From the human T2T-CHM13v2.0 reference genome, Homo sapiens, in NCBI RefSeq assembly GCF_009914755.1, contig NC_060936.1: a stretch of DNA of 64,000 bases. The stretch is one strand, 5' to 3'. This document shows positions 41,023 through 54,831 of the stretch, piece after piece; the first letter of the stretch is position 1, and the number at the start of each line of letters is the position of its first letter. Under the pieces are notes generated by a model, which saw nothing but the letters and a program-made list of their open reading frames with translations, was not told the DNA's origin and searched no databases. The translations under genes and the position numbers were made by a program.

Positions 41023-41384
41023 TGTATTAGTCTGTTCTCATGCCGCTAATAAAGACATATCTGAGACTGGGTAATTTATAAAGGAAAGAGGTTTAATGGA
41101 CTCACAGTTCCACATGGCTGGGGAGGCTTCACAACTGTGGTGGAAGATGAAGGAAGAGCAAAGATGTGTCTAACATAGCAGCAAGCAAGAGAGAACATGT
41201 GCAGGGGAACTCCCCTTTATAAAACCATCAGATCTCGTGAGACTTATTCACTATTACTAGAACAGCATGGGAAAGTCCTGCCCCCGAGATTCAATTACTT
41301 CCCAGCAGGTCCTTCTCATGGCACATGGGGATTATTACAATTCAAGGTGAGATTTGAGTGTGGACACAAAGCCAAACCCTATCA
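41023..41384 (-). mobile_element. THE1B-like solo LTR
   Basis: TGTATTAGTCTGTTCTCATGCCGCTAATAAAGACATA ... GCCAAACCCTATCA, 362 bp; perfect 5-bp TSD CCTTC (41018-22, 41385-89). Confidence 0.95.
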
Positions 41385-41399
41385 CCTTCTTTTCTTCTT

Positions 41400-42320
41400 T
41401 CTCTATATTCTGTTCCCAGGCAATTTCATTCACCCCTGCAGCCCCCGGAGGCTAGCAACTCCAGTGTCCGTTATGGCCAAATCGCACTGCCCTTCTTAGT
41501 GTTATGCCCAGAAACTCTGACTGTCCACCAGGCATCTCCGTCTGGATGTCTCATAAGCAACATAAACTCAGGACACTTATTGCCTTATTTCCACACTCTT
41601 CATTCCCCCTGTATTATCCATCTGTGTGAACTGGAGCATTATTCATACCATCTTCCAAACCAGAAATACAAAAATTATCCTATTGATTTAGAACCCCAAT
41701 CTTAAATGTCTCTTAAATCACCCATCACATATTCAATACTTACTCCTAACCCTTGTAAATCTCTTTCCTCCTCATTCCCACTGTACTACCACATTAGTTC
41801 ACTGCATCACCATCCTTCATCTGTTTCAAAAGATTTAAAATTTTCCTTTCCCACTCCACTTTTTCACCATCCCCAGTTTTCCTTTTGCCATTGTAAAATG
41901 CAAATATGCTTTTATTATTTATTTGCTCAAATTAAAGCATGTCTTACTGCTTTGAGCAATGTTCCTACTAACAAGTTGCTCTCACTGGCAAACCCAGCTT
42001 ATCTCCAGCGGACTGGTACTATTGGAAAGACCCACGTGGGTCATTCTGCTGTACCTCTGCTCATTTGTCCTGGTGCCGAGAAGGCCCCATCCCTTTCAGT
42101 CTCCCCAGCTTCCCTGAGAACTCCACTTTTCAATCTTCACTAATAGGCACCTCTGTTGAGATGACTTTCTTGACTCTCCAAGAGAAGGAATTCTTCCTCC
42201 TCGTTGAGCCCCATCCATGGACATCAGCCATAGCATCTGTCCATCACATTGCTGTGTGAACTTGTCATAAGTCTGTCCCTCCAATAGACCAGGTACAAGT
42301 CAGAGGCAGGGCAGGAGGAA
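41400..42320 (+). mobile_element. L2 relic
   Basis: Pyrimidine-rich L2-like tract: GGCATCTCCGTCTGGATGTCTCATAAGCAAC, TGTAAAATGCAAATATG, GTCTGTCCCTCCAATAGAC. Confidence 0.55.
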
Positions 42321-42879
42321 GTGTTACATCTACTTTTTATTGCCAGGTACAAAGTCATCATTTAGTGATTTTTGACACAATGAATGATTTTGAACACCTT
42401 TAATTTCATTCTACCATCTGTATTCTCCAAATCTTGGTCAATTTTGAAGAGAAAATTGTTGAATGCTGTGTTTTGTGTGTATCTGTGTGTATAAACTGAG
42501 AGTAATGGGCTTTCAATGCCTTTTGTCTTTATATCAGAAGATAAATGTTTATTCATTCTTATGTGTTAGAAAACAGATACTTTGAGACCACCTATTACAT
42601 CTTGCCTTGGAAATTACCACTTATTGTTAATAATTTGATGGCTCTATAATTAGACAAGCTCCAGAAATGAATTCAGGTTTTATTATTATAAGTATGAACA
42701 GCTTTTAGGTAAGGATAACCTGTAGTAAGTAATTGTGTTTTCTCAATACCCTCCTCTTCTAGCAGCCCAGATGCTGTCAAGTTCTTTTCATAGGTGATCC
42801 CTATAGAAGTTAAATTTGGTTTATCATCACAGCAAGTTAAGTTTCTGATCCTCCAACCCTATATTTTTCCCTCCCTTCC

Positions 42880-43250
42880 TTTCTCATTCATTGAGCATCA
42901 GCTAAGTATTAGGCACTCTCCTTAGTGCTCATGATATCAAGACTAGTTCACAGTCCCTATCATAGAGGTGGTAACAGAACAAAGACTTTGAAAATTACAA
43001 TACACTGTAAGTAGTACAATTTACAGATGTAGAATATGCTGTGGTAGCATAGTCCACAAAGTGTTTATGGAGGAGCCTGGAGCCTTCACCAAAGAGGCTG
43101 CATTTTAACTGAGTCTTGAGTATTGAGTAGAAATATTCCAAAAGGAAGAAGGAAGAGGGCAATTTCATGCATGAATAAAAATGTAGACATCAAAAAGAAT
43201 GTGGAACATTTGGGTAAGAGTGGAATGTTTGTGTGGCTGAAATGTGAAGG
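42880..43250 (-). mobile_element. L2 relic
   Basis: TCATTCATTGAGCATC..AGGCACTCTCCTTAGTGCT..CAGTCCCTATCATAGAG..TTTTAACTGAGTCTTGA. Confidence 0.6.
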
Positions 43251-45013
43251 TCTTGTCGTTTGGGTTTTTCTTGTTTTGGTTATTTTTTTTCTTTCAGTAG
43301 GATTCTTTTTGCTTTTGTTTTTCCCATTCAGATATTCCCAATATGGAGATATCTAGACTGTTCACTATGATTTTTTTTCTTTTTCAAGTTTTTTTCAAGT
43401 TTCCCTATGGTACATGTCCATTGTAAGTCTTTTTAAACAGAATAAAGAAAATGCTTCTTGAGATTTCAGAATTCAAATATCCATGTAAAAACTAGCTTTA
43501 AGTCATCAAGAATGGTAACTCATGCAGACAGAGGTCACCTAGGAGAACTTGTGACTCTAGGTGATCTGTTTGCATGGTATACAGTGGTGTACACTAAGCC
43601 AAAACCATATTCCTAAATGTTCAGGGAAATTCATCTGTCTGCATTTCTTACTCTTTCTGAATTCCACTCAGTTATATTATCCATATTTTCAGTCTGAAAG
43701 CTTATGAAGCCAAACCTACAGGAAACAAGTGAGAAGATATTTCATTGTGAAATGACATTTTATGAACTCTACTTGTCCTTGTTCTTATGCATGCCTACTT
43801 CATAACAATGAAAACCTCCTCTGCTGACCAGTATATAAAATTCAGTTTAGTTTATTATTTCTACTGTCATGATCACCATAGTGAAAAAGTCAACTGACAT
43901 TTGATTTTTTTCCCACTCTTGTTTATTATATTATAAAGCTTTGATCCACACCACTGGCATTTGACCTTTGAATTAAATGAAGATGCATATGAAAGGTATG
44001 AGAGCACATAAACACTACAACCCCTGTTTTTGAGTAAAATATAAAAAATTAATATGAGCATAAAGATTCCAATATTATTTGTTACCATTATAGTTTGATT
44101 TTTAATCTTGGTTAGTATAAAACTATAATTCTTGTGATTTTCTTTAATAAATTATAAATGCAGTTTTGATATAATAAGCTTGTAACACTAGGAAAATGAG
44201 GAATGAATGATCCAGTGATAGGATTTTAAACAGTATTATGCAGTACTTGTAAAGTACAGTGATTATTCTAGAACTATGTATAAGTACTATGTAGGTAAAT
44301 TGCCCTGCCCTTATCCTAATTTATTATACTCATTTAAATTGTATTGCAAGTTGTTTTACTTTTGCTGTTGTCCTAGCTTTTTAAATTGGAAAGGTAGAAA
44401 GTCCTGGTCAGAACCTAAATTTGCAACCCAACATAAATCAAAGCTCCATTCTCCAGTCTGAAATCTCCTTCCCCCACCTTCACTCTCAGTGACCCTGTGA
44501 ATGTAATCTTTTTAGAGTGAACCTTGAAGCTGGTCTAGACAGCATGTGACTTATGAAGTGAGGTAGGGTGAAGTGTCCAGGGAGAGAGGCAAATCCTTCA
44601 GAAATAAGTCTTAAAATAATGTATTTTCTTTCTTGGAACCCTAAAACAGGTAGAACTGTAACCCATTTTCTTTTTTTAATAGGAAAGCTGTTGATTCCAA
44701 CTTGAATGCTGTCTCTTTCTCCTGATATTCGTACCTAGTGATCATAATCTATTATTACAATGTTTCTATTTTTCATGTATTGACCCCTCTAGTTTAGAAG
44801 ACATGCCAGTATAAATAAATAATCCTGGGTAAGAGGAAAGCGTATGTTAAAATCAAGATAGGGAAGCAATGAGGAAGAGGATCTGCTTTTTCTTTCTTAA
44901 TAGTTGGAATGTGCTTTCATTGTATGATTAGTATTCACCATAAGCAAATAATCTAGGAAGCATTTCTAATGAGCAGCTCTGAGATCAGTATGATTACTAG
45001 AGGAAAAAGGCAA

Positions 45014-45014
<1 letters not shown>

Positions 45015-45051
<37 letters not shown>
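45015..45051. repeat. (TG)18 microsatellite
   Basis: Uninterrupted TG run. Confidence 0.95.
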
Positions 45052-45054
<3 letters not shown>

Positions 45055-45562
45055 AAATAAAAACTGTAGCCCAGGACAATGAATTTCCTACAAGTATAGA
45101 CACAACTAAATATTTATTATAACCTATGAAAATAATACAAATGTCTATTTCAAGAGGATTCCAATACATGGCATCAATAGAAATGGTTGTATCACGAGTA
45201 CCCATGTTTGTATGGCTTATAAGATCACTTATAGTCTAGCTTGTTGGTACTTTAAGCAATTTAATCCAATTACCTCCTATAAAAGAAACTGAAATCTTAT
45301 TTCTTATGGCATTCATGAGCCCAAATTTGATAATATCATTTTAAATTCTGATACTTTCAGTCATGCATTGAGGTTTGTCTATTATTTGCCAGAACACCTG
45401 GCCTCCATCTCATTGACTCCCCTCAAGGTTTCTGTGAGTCTGTCTGTTTTCCTGTCCATCACATAAGGGCTAAGGCAGGTACAGCAGCTTGCCTTGTAAT
45501 GGTAGAAAAGCTTTTAATCATCAAGCACCCAATGTCACTTGCTCTTTTTGGGAGTAAGGGGG

Positions 45563-46116
45563 TGTTATATTAGAGTTCTCCAGAGAATCATAACTTACAT
45601 AAAGTATATATATATATATATATATATAGTATATTTGTATATTACATAGAGAATTATCTATGTGGTATACAAGTATGTATATTTGCATAATTCTCATATA
45701 TATATTTAGAGAGAGGGAGATAAATAGGTAAACATCTATCTACCTAGAAACAGATAAAGAGATAAAAAATTATTTTAAGGAATGGACTCACATGGTTGTG
45801 GGGCTGTCAAATTCAGTATCTGCAGAGCAGGCCAGCATGCTGGAGATGCAAGGAAGAGTTGATGTTGCTCAAGTTGGAAGTCAGTCTGAAGGTAGAGTTG
45901 TGTCTTCCTAAGGGAAGGTCAGTCTTTTTTCTCTTAAGATCTTCAACTGATTGGATGAGGTCCACCCACAGGATGGAGAATAATCTGCTTTACTCAGAGT
46001 CTACTGATTTAAGTGTTCAGCTCATCTAAAAAAATGCCTTCAGAGATATCTAGACTGGTATAACCAAATATATGGGAACTGTGACTAGCCAAGTTGACCC
46101 ATAAAATTAACCATCG
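45563..46116 (-). mobile_element. MLT2 (ERVL; MLT2B/D-like) solo LTR with internal (TA)n
   Basis: TTAGAGTTCTCCAGAGAA..CTTCAACTGATTGGATGAGGTCCACCCAC..CTAGCCAAGTTGACCCATAAAATTAACCATC. Confidence 0.88.
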
Positions 46117-47329
46117 TGAGATTGTTTTTTTCCTTTGTGAAGCAAAAGCAAAACAAAGAAAGAAACCCTGTGGAAATTATTTTAACTCAAATTTTGCTCA
46201 TAATGATATAATTAGTATGAATAATTGTAAATTATAATGAACATTGTCCCTAGTGCAGTAAGAATTTTTTTCTAGTATTTTCAATGTGACACTTTTGGAC
46301 AGTTATACATGGACTCCGGGCTCCACCTTCTCCACTGCTCTCCACCTGCACACACTGGGAGAATTGAACACATTAACATCAGGGTAGTAACTCACTACAA
46401 GAGTGATTTTCAATCGCTTCCTATTTTTAACTACTGATGTATCCAAATCTGGGAAAAGATAGTAGCAGGTGGTACGAAATGTTCAGGCAGGTTTTGTAAG
46501 TTGAAAAAAACCACAGGCAGGTGATTTTGATGTTCCCCATGGAGGCAAGTGTAGCCCTTCATTCTTCTCATTGCTTTATCCCTTAAACAATAGGTAGTTT
46601 ACTCATTAATGTACTTTTCATGAAATTGCTTATTTATATTTATTGAATATCCCATTAAAAAACAACCCTAAAAGAGAACAGAGCTGCTGGAAAACTTTGT
46701 TGTTTAGATCGTTTATTATTGCCTAGATTTGAGTCTTAGGATCAGTTTTCAGAAGATAATCAAAATGACCTGGGATTTAGCATGTTTTCCTTCATTGTTT
46801 TTCCTAGAGACATTTTATTTAAGTACCTATATATAATTCTATTTGCTACCTTCTCACTATGACTACTCAATCAAAATTATTTCCATACTCTAATATGCAT
46901 TAAACTTCAAAATTAACTGAACCCTTAGAAACTACTTTTGTGTTTAGAAATGATGCATGCTTATTGTAGAAAATTGGGAAAACAAAGAAGAAAATAAGAA
47001 TTAACCACAATCCCAACACCCAGAGACAAATAACAAGTTATTAATACATTGTGGTGTCTCACTGAGCTTCTGCATATGCCAGGTCCTTGTGGTAAGTCAA
47101 CATGGTGAGATGTAGGGACCCCCTAGCCACATAACATCATCCACTGTGCCTACCAGCCAAGAGCATTTGTATCACACTTTACTTTCTGCAGTTGTATAAT
47201 GAAAACAGTGGATTTATTGGTTGTGCTTTTTAAAACTAAGCACACCAGATTCTAATGATTTTCTCCATCACCTCCCTTCCCTTCCCACTTCTGTTTGAGA
47301 AATCTAAGTGTAATGTGAGTGGGGACAGG

Positions 47330-47520
47330 AAAATAGGAGTAGGAAGTCTCTTCCTGTTCTGACTCTTTCACTTACAACTGTTTGATGATGGATAGATTAT
47401 TACCTCTCTGAATCTTATTTCAGAGACATTAATAATTATCATTTAATAATTTGGAAAGTGGCCTGTCACAAGGATTAGAAGGAAAGATCATGTAAAGTTC
47501 CTTGTACCATGTTTCTGGAA
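47330..47520 (+). mobile_element. MIR SINE relic
   Basis: GGAGTAGGAAG..CTGACTCTTTCACTTACAACTG..TTACCTCTCTGAATCT..CATGTAAAGT. Confidence 0.5.
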
Positions 47521-49384
47521 GAAATAAGTAACTTCTTCATGCCAGGACCTACTTTAAACCCTAGCACGTATGTTGCATAATTACTTTCTCAGAACATCTG
47601 TAACCTAAAACAAACATGCAAATTTTCACATGCATCTTGAATGCTTCAGACCTCACTAGTACAAATGAGATCGTGGTCGCATTAATGCCTAAATTCTGAC
47701 ACTTATTTCAACAACAGAGACCTTAACCTCCCTTTGAAGTCTTCCTCAGCCTCCCTAAGATTTCACAGAGGGTTTTTGGAAGGTTTATTCATGTTCTGTT
47801 GCTCCAGCTGCCTTTGATGCACCCCGAAAACTGACCTAAGCCTCCAGTAGTGGCTGTAATGATGAATGCCCTGGGTACTGAAGCTGTGGGTGGACTGCTT
47901 TGCAGAGGTTGGGAGAGAAGCCTATGACCTGCTCTCACTCTGTCGTGAGCTAGGTCACTGGGGGCCTGGGTTCTCAGTGTTTGTGGCCACAGTCTCACAG
48001 CCTCCCATGAATACAGTCCCTCCCTCATCATTCTGCACAAACTGCTTGCTTCAAAGACCCTTAAAACCAGCCACCGCTCCTCCTCAATGCCACATCTACT
48101 GTCTCTCCACAGCACCTTGGCACAAATCTCTTTCCTCCTCCTTTCACTGAAAGGCAAAAGCTCACAAGCACACAGGCCCTCTCATGAATAACCTGCCCAC
48201 CAATTCCAAAATCAGCCAGGGTTTAACTTTTCTTTTCTTCCCCAGATAGGACACCTTGGTTCTTTCAGATAATGTAACTGAGGTTGAAAGTCATTATTAA
48301 ACGTTCCTAGAGGTAAAAAACAACAAAAACAAAAAACATAAACTATTTATCTCACCTGCGACTGTGTGGTTGCACCCCGGGTGCAATATGCCTGCAACCC
48401 TTGCAGAAGTATATTGCCTGCTGCCTGCTTTTTAAACCTATGGTAGCCCTACCCTTTTCTGCAACAAGAGCCACTCCATCTCTGCTGCTTGTCTTGGGTT
48501 GGCCACCTCCTATTGCTTCCCAGCAGCGGCAGCTGTGCAGTATGACTTTAGACTGTGCTTCTGCACGTCTTTAGGCATTTATTCTGCCACCACTGGGCCT
48601 TGCAGCCTCCCTGCTCAGCCTGTCTTACAGCTGCTGTCCCAGTACCTGCTGTTATCCATCTTCTGCACAGTCCCACCTAGGGGCTGAGGTAGCGAGAACA
48701 TCGTTTCAGCACTAGGGCCTTGGCTGTGTTCCAGGTAATTGCTGGTGGTCTCGCCATCCCACTTCACATTCCTTGGCTTGGAAGGGTTTCTGAGAATGCT
48801 ATTGGACTCACAGACCTGTGTGGGTGCTACCAGTTTCCTTAGATGTGCCCCGGGAGCAATATTAGATCCTGTGTTGACATTTCATCTCTCCTGATGTGTG
48901 CTGACTAAATAGATTCCACTTGTTTTCATTTTGTCTATCAATAAATGTTTGGATTTCTTGCTGCTGAGAACTCAGTTATGGCCATCGGTTTTCTATCTTA
49001 ACAATTCAAGAAGAGCTTTGTTATCTGGGATGTTGTTAGAACACAGGATAAAACCCTATTCACATTGTCTTGAGGTGTCCTCTTATCAGTTCTTCCTTTC
49101 TAGCAGTGGACCTATAACTGAATGGGGAGACCCTGGGCACCTGGTCAGAAGGGAGACATGTATTTCCAGTTGACCTCAGGCTGTCCTGCAATCAGAGACA
49201 AGCAGATGTCAACAGTGAAATAGTTGACTCAGTACGGTTTTAAAAGTCTTAACATGTGAACATTTCATTGAATGAAGTAGGAAGTGACAATACAGAGAAA
49301 AAAAATCTCATCTCTCCTTTTGAATGACAATCTGTGAATTAAAATTCAGCAGAGTACATGAGTCAAGTTAATTAGAATAAATAA

Positions 49385-49550
49385 TCTTATAACTATAAAA
49401 ATTTCAAGAAGAAATCACACCACAAAATTAACACCAGTTATCTCTAGGTGGTAACAATTTTATGTAATTTTTATTTTGTTCTTTTTGTTTGCTTGCATCT
49501 TCTAGCATTTTCACAGTAAATATATATCATTTCTATAATAAAATATAATT
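49385..49550 (+). mobile_element. Old L1ME-type 3' end
   Basis: AAATCACACCACAAAATTAACACCAGTTATCTCTAGGTGG..TTTTCACAGTAAATATATATCATTTCTATAATAAAA. Confidence 0.55.
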
Positions 49551-50573
49551 AGATATTACAACTTTTACAAGTTTGGATAATCATACCCCTGAAACATTTT
49601 AGTATGAAGTAAAATCTTCATTTTTCAGCATAAATTTCTAAAATTTTTCTTACATACTGGGAAACCTAATAGTGAACTAAACAAAAACTTCTCATATGCA
49701 CTTTTTAAAAATAAGGTGTCTGCTGTTTATGTCACAAAAGCTGGATTATGCAGCCCTTTAGTGTTTGAGTTTTCCATCTGCTCTTTTATTCAATTAGGTC
49801 GGTCATGGGAAAGTGGTATGCCTGGACCACACTGCCTCAATGGCACAGAAATGCCTTCACTGAGTTAAGATTTAGTGGTATATTCTCTGCTTCTAATCTT
49901 AGGATCATTTGAACATTATTTCTGGATCTGTTTTTAATGCTGTAATTTATAATATTGTGCAGATTTCACTGATCTTCACACACAGCCTGACAGAGAAATT
50001 TCCTTTGTGACATTATTCCTAGTAAACAGTGTGTTTCTATATGCAGATTTTGTGTGCTCTCTCATGGAAAAGTAAAAACTAACCCAATATTATTTCATTT
50101 ACCTCAGTTCCTAGAAATTCTAGTCAATATCACTGTTCTTTTTGTTCATAATCTATTTATTCAGCTCACTTGTAGCATCTACTCCTTTGCTTTGTTTGTT
50201 TGTTTTGGTTTTGGTTTTTTGGATGGAGTCTGATCAGTCTTAATCACTGTTTTTTAAATAAATAGGCCATCTCATATTGCCTTAGGAAACAAAGACATAA
50301 TAAGACGATGATCGCCTGTGTAAATGTGACAAACTAACCTTTAATTTCCTTGAACAGAGATGCTATCATCGAGGATATTTTGGAATTATTATAACTTTCT
50401 AATTTGAATAATTATATTGGGATTTACGGTTGGAAAACTTACTGTTTTCTCCTTCATTTAGGTGGATATGTTTGTAAACCAATCAAACTACCTCTCCACC
50501 CAGAAAGCATATTAGAAATTATATATTTAAAACTGGTTCTTAACACACCTCTGGGCTGGTGCACCAATGTTAA

Positions 50574-50878
<305 letters not shown>

Positions 50879-51041
50879 TCCTCAAAATTTTTGTAGGTAG
50901 ACTTTGAGGATTCCTACTGAGTAATTTTGGATCTCATACTGGGAAAGTACTCCAAACTGTATAGCTAGATCTCATTTTATACAATGAGTGTATTATGGAA
51001 TGTTGTATAAAACGAACTTTGGAAATTTAGATTTTCTTTCC

Positions 51042-51446
<405 letters not shown>

Positions 51447-53199
51447 TCATTTTATTTTCTTTCTCATACATCTTGAAAAAAAATTAGATTGTTTTAAAAT
51501 CTTGAAAATGATATCTACTGGATTGCTAGAGTAATGAAAAACATGGCAGAGGGCAAATAAGGCCAATCCAGTAAAGAAATGTGTTTCCTCATCCCACTGT
51601 GTCTGGCTGGTGATGAAGGTAGCTAGATTAGTGGTTGCATTACTTTTCTTTAGGACTTTCTGGATCTTATCAAAATATTGCATTTCCTTTACGCCCAGCA
51701 GGATAAAGTTCTCTGCTTTGCTCCTAAGGTTAGCATCTCAGTTGCAGCTTCAAATTGACAGGAGGACTATGCTGGAACAGTCTTCTATGGAGAGGACATG
51801 CCTTAAAGGAAATATTTAAATAAAGTAATTCTTCATTTGTATTGGAATGAAAGCTCAAAGTCAGTTTTAAAAATATAAATAATTTACCTTCTTAGTAATA
51901 TATGAAAATATTGACCTCATTCTTACATTTACATAAGATCTTTAGTTGAATTTGATAGATATCTAAAAAAAGATAAAAGAACAATAAAATAGAATAAAGC
52001 CCAAAAGCAATGAAGTTATTGAAATTGCTTCCAAGATAAGCAGAAGATGAAAAAGTAATATTTTTGCCAGATGAAGAGATTGATCTTCTTATTGTATTGT
52101 TCAGGCAAATAAAAGCAAAAAATAATCATAACCAAGTTGTAGAATAAGAAGAGTATAATAAATTTTATATAATTTGAAATATATGCTTTAAAACAGTCAT
52201 AAAATTATTTATATTATCCAAAAAGTATGTCACTAATACAGTAACAAATGCTATAATTTGAACATTTAATTTTTTCTTTTCTAATAATGAATTATAAAAT
52301 ATCTAAATATTTTCTGCACATTTATATGGTAATACACATTAGTTTTATTTTATTAATAAGTATGGTTATAAAATTTCTTGTAGAGATGTGATTTATATTA
52401 ATTTTTTTAAATGACAGGTTAACCTGAGTTAATATATTATTATTAAACTCAAACAGAAAACACGTTATAAAGATATAATCCAAAACTTTAGCTGTGTGGC
52501 TCTTAAACGTAAACAACTGTTTAGGCTTATTTCTTTTGAATTCTAGGTACTTAGCTATTATAAGACATTCATAGTCTTATAACTGAACTTCCAAAACCCC
52601 ACTTGCAGTAATATATGAAATAGGATGTTGTTTGTTACAGTTAGTGTTTTCAATATGATGCTGTGATTCATTATGATATGGAGTGATTGCTTAAATAAAA
52701 CATATCTAAATAAAAATGATCTGATTTTTCCTTCCTTCATTCCTCTGCATGAGATTTTGCAGATACCACCAGCAAGTTATTAAATGTCTCCTTAAACATC
52801 CCATTTATATCTTACTATACAAAAAAAAATATCTGTGCAAATTTCTAGGTAAAACAAGTGTTTGAAGATTAGGCCATACTTTAAAAATCAGGAAAGAGAT
52901 TACTGTTTTAATCAGTAGTTCAGCTTGTTGAGCTATTGAAACAACTGTATATTCTAGTACTTTTTGAGAAACATTATGAAAGAGCAGAAATTATACAATT
53001 TATATGAAAAGCACATTTTAATTGAAGAGCTGTCTATCCATTAACTACATATTTTCTCTTGTGTCTTTGGGAAAATAGCAATATTTTTCGTTTACACACA
53101 GATCTCTACAATCCAGCAACTGGTTTGTCATACATGTGTCATCAATAATAAGTGATTTAAAAGAACATTATGGTGTGTATTTCTATAAATCCAGATAGG

Positions 53200-53238
53200 T
53201 ATTAGGTTGGTGCAAAACTAATTGTGGTATTTGTCATA
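53200..53238 (+). mobile_element. Solo Hsmar1 TIR / half MADE1
   Basis: TATTAGGTTGGTGCAAAACTAATTGTGGTATTTGTCAT vs recalled TIR TATTAGGTTGGTGCAAAAGTAATTGCGGTTTTTGCCAT. Confidence 0.85.
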
Positions 53239-53248
53239 TATTCTAGAT

Positions 53249-53554
53249 CTGTGTGCTTTCCAACATAGTAGTCAATAGTCACAGATGACTTTTGAACAAT
53301 TAAAACATGACAAGTGTGAATTGAAAAGTGCTAGATTTCAAAGAGTTGGTATAAAAATATAAAAATACCTTATCAATTTTTATATTGAGTACATGTTGAT
53401 GTGAGAATATTTGGAGTTAAATAAAATATATTAGAATTAACTCCAACTGTTCCCTGCTACTTTTTAAAAAGGTAGACACTAGGACATTTAACATTTGAAA
53501 TTACATATGTGGCTCTCATCTGTGCTCACATTATATTGCTATTAGATAGCATGG
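53249..53554. mobile_element. MER33-like hAT-Charlie MITE
   Basis: GCTTTCCAACATAGTAGTCAATAGTCACA...CATATGTGGCTC..CACATTATATTGCTATTAGATAGC; 8-bp TSD TTCTAGAT (53241-48) / GTCTAGAT (53555-62). Confidence 0.8.
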
Positions 53555-54532
53555 GTCTAGATACCTCCAGTCTATCTATTTTATCAATTAATATAGTAGA
53601 GCAAATATCTCTCTTAAACTGTGGACCAACTATGGAGATATTTAAATGTATATAATTAATGTTTGTGAAATAATAAGTATTATACCATGATTATTACCTT
53701 TTTCTCTATAATATAGTATCCTTGATAATAAATATTCCAGTGTCTGGGATTTTAATTTTAGGTCATATCATTATGTGATAATTCAGTGGCATTTGAATCC
53801 TTACTTCAAAAAATTAGCAAAACTTATGTTAGAAATTAACATTTCTATGAAAGTTGTTTGTACCAGTGTGTTTAGATGGCATAATTTGCAGATTATACTG
53901 AAAATAAAATGAACCAAGATTCATTTGTATGCATTTGTGATTACAGTATCTTCGTGCTTATTGTCCTCTTTAACTGGATTATCAGAAATAGTATAATAAT
54001 CAATTTTAAAAACATGTAACCAACCATCTCTGAGGAAATAAGATAAGACGGGTTATGCTAGGGAGGAGGATACCAAGTGTTGGAAACTCAACAAACTCAA
54101 GTCAACAGCAAGGAGGTTGACAGCTATGGGAAGCCAGTGAGGCCCTTCTAGAGAAGGTCAGCTACGGGTTAGTTAAGAGCAACACTCAAGGCCCAGAATT
54201 TAGAGTTTCTGTCAAAGATCATTTACTAGAGAGTTTAACTATTGATCTGTCTCAGTTAATGTGATTTTCAAACCTTAGATATGGTGAAATTAAAAAGTCA
54301 GAGTGATTAAAAAACACATTTATTTTAGCAAACAAGCATTATTCCCAACATGGAACATACACTATGATAAGAAATAAATAGACTTAAAGTGCATGTCTTG
54401 GAAAACTTGAATACAATAAATATATTATCAAATAAATTGAAAAGGCCTTCCAGAATAATTCCATTGGGGATGTTTTCGACTCTTTAGTTTCAGGGATAAG
54501 TGCTCTTCCACAACAGTGCTTTCGATGTTTCT

Positions 54533-54831
54533 CTTCTCTTTTTTTTTCTTGTTTTTGAGACAAGGTCTCATTCTGTTGCCTTGGGAGTACAGTGGCATGA
54601 TATCATGGCTCACAACAACCTCAACCTCCCAGGTTCAAGCAATCCTCCCACCTTGGCCTCCTGAATAGCTGGGACTATAAGCATGTGCCACCACACTCGG
54701 CTAATTTTTTTTTTAGAGATGGGGTTTCACCACATTGCCCAGGGTGGTCTCAAATTTCTGGGCTCGAGCAATCTGCCCACCTTGGCCTTCCACAGTGCTG
54801 GGATTACAGGCATGAGCCACCATGCCCAGCC
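54533..54831 (-). mobile_element. AluJ
   Basis: Dimer with J-type CTGGGCTCGAGCAATCTGCCC; TSD CTTTC(G/A)ATGTTTCT at 54519-32 and 54833-46. Confidence 0.93.

Noticed and set aside
41110-41127. PRDM9 hotspot motif in the THE1B LTR
   Set aside because: Minus strand reads CCTCCCCAGCCAT, the ordinary version, not the hot CCTCCCTAGCCAC; ACCCCCTAGCCAC near 47118 also misses one fixed position
44682-44828. Possible plus-strand exon (TTTTTTTAATAG/...CTGG/GTAAGA)
   Set aside because: Splice-like motifs only; no coding or transcript evidence
48704-48725. REST/RE1 site (TTCAGCAC...)
   Set aside because: Only the left half matches; the GGACAG half is absent
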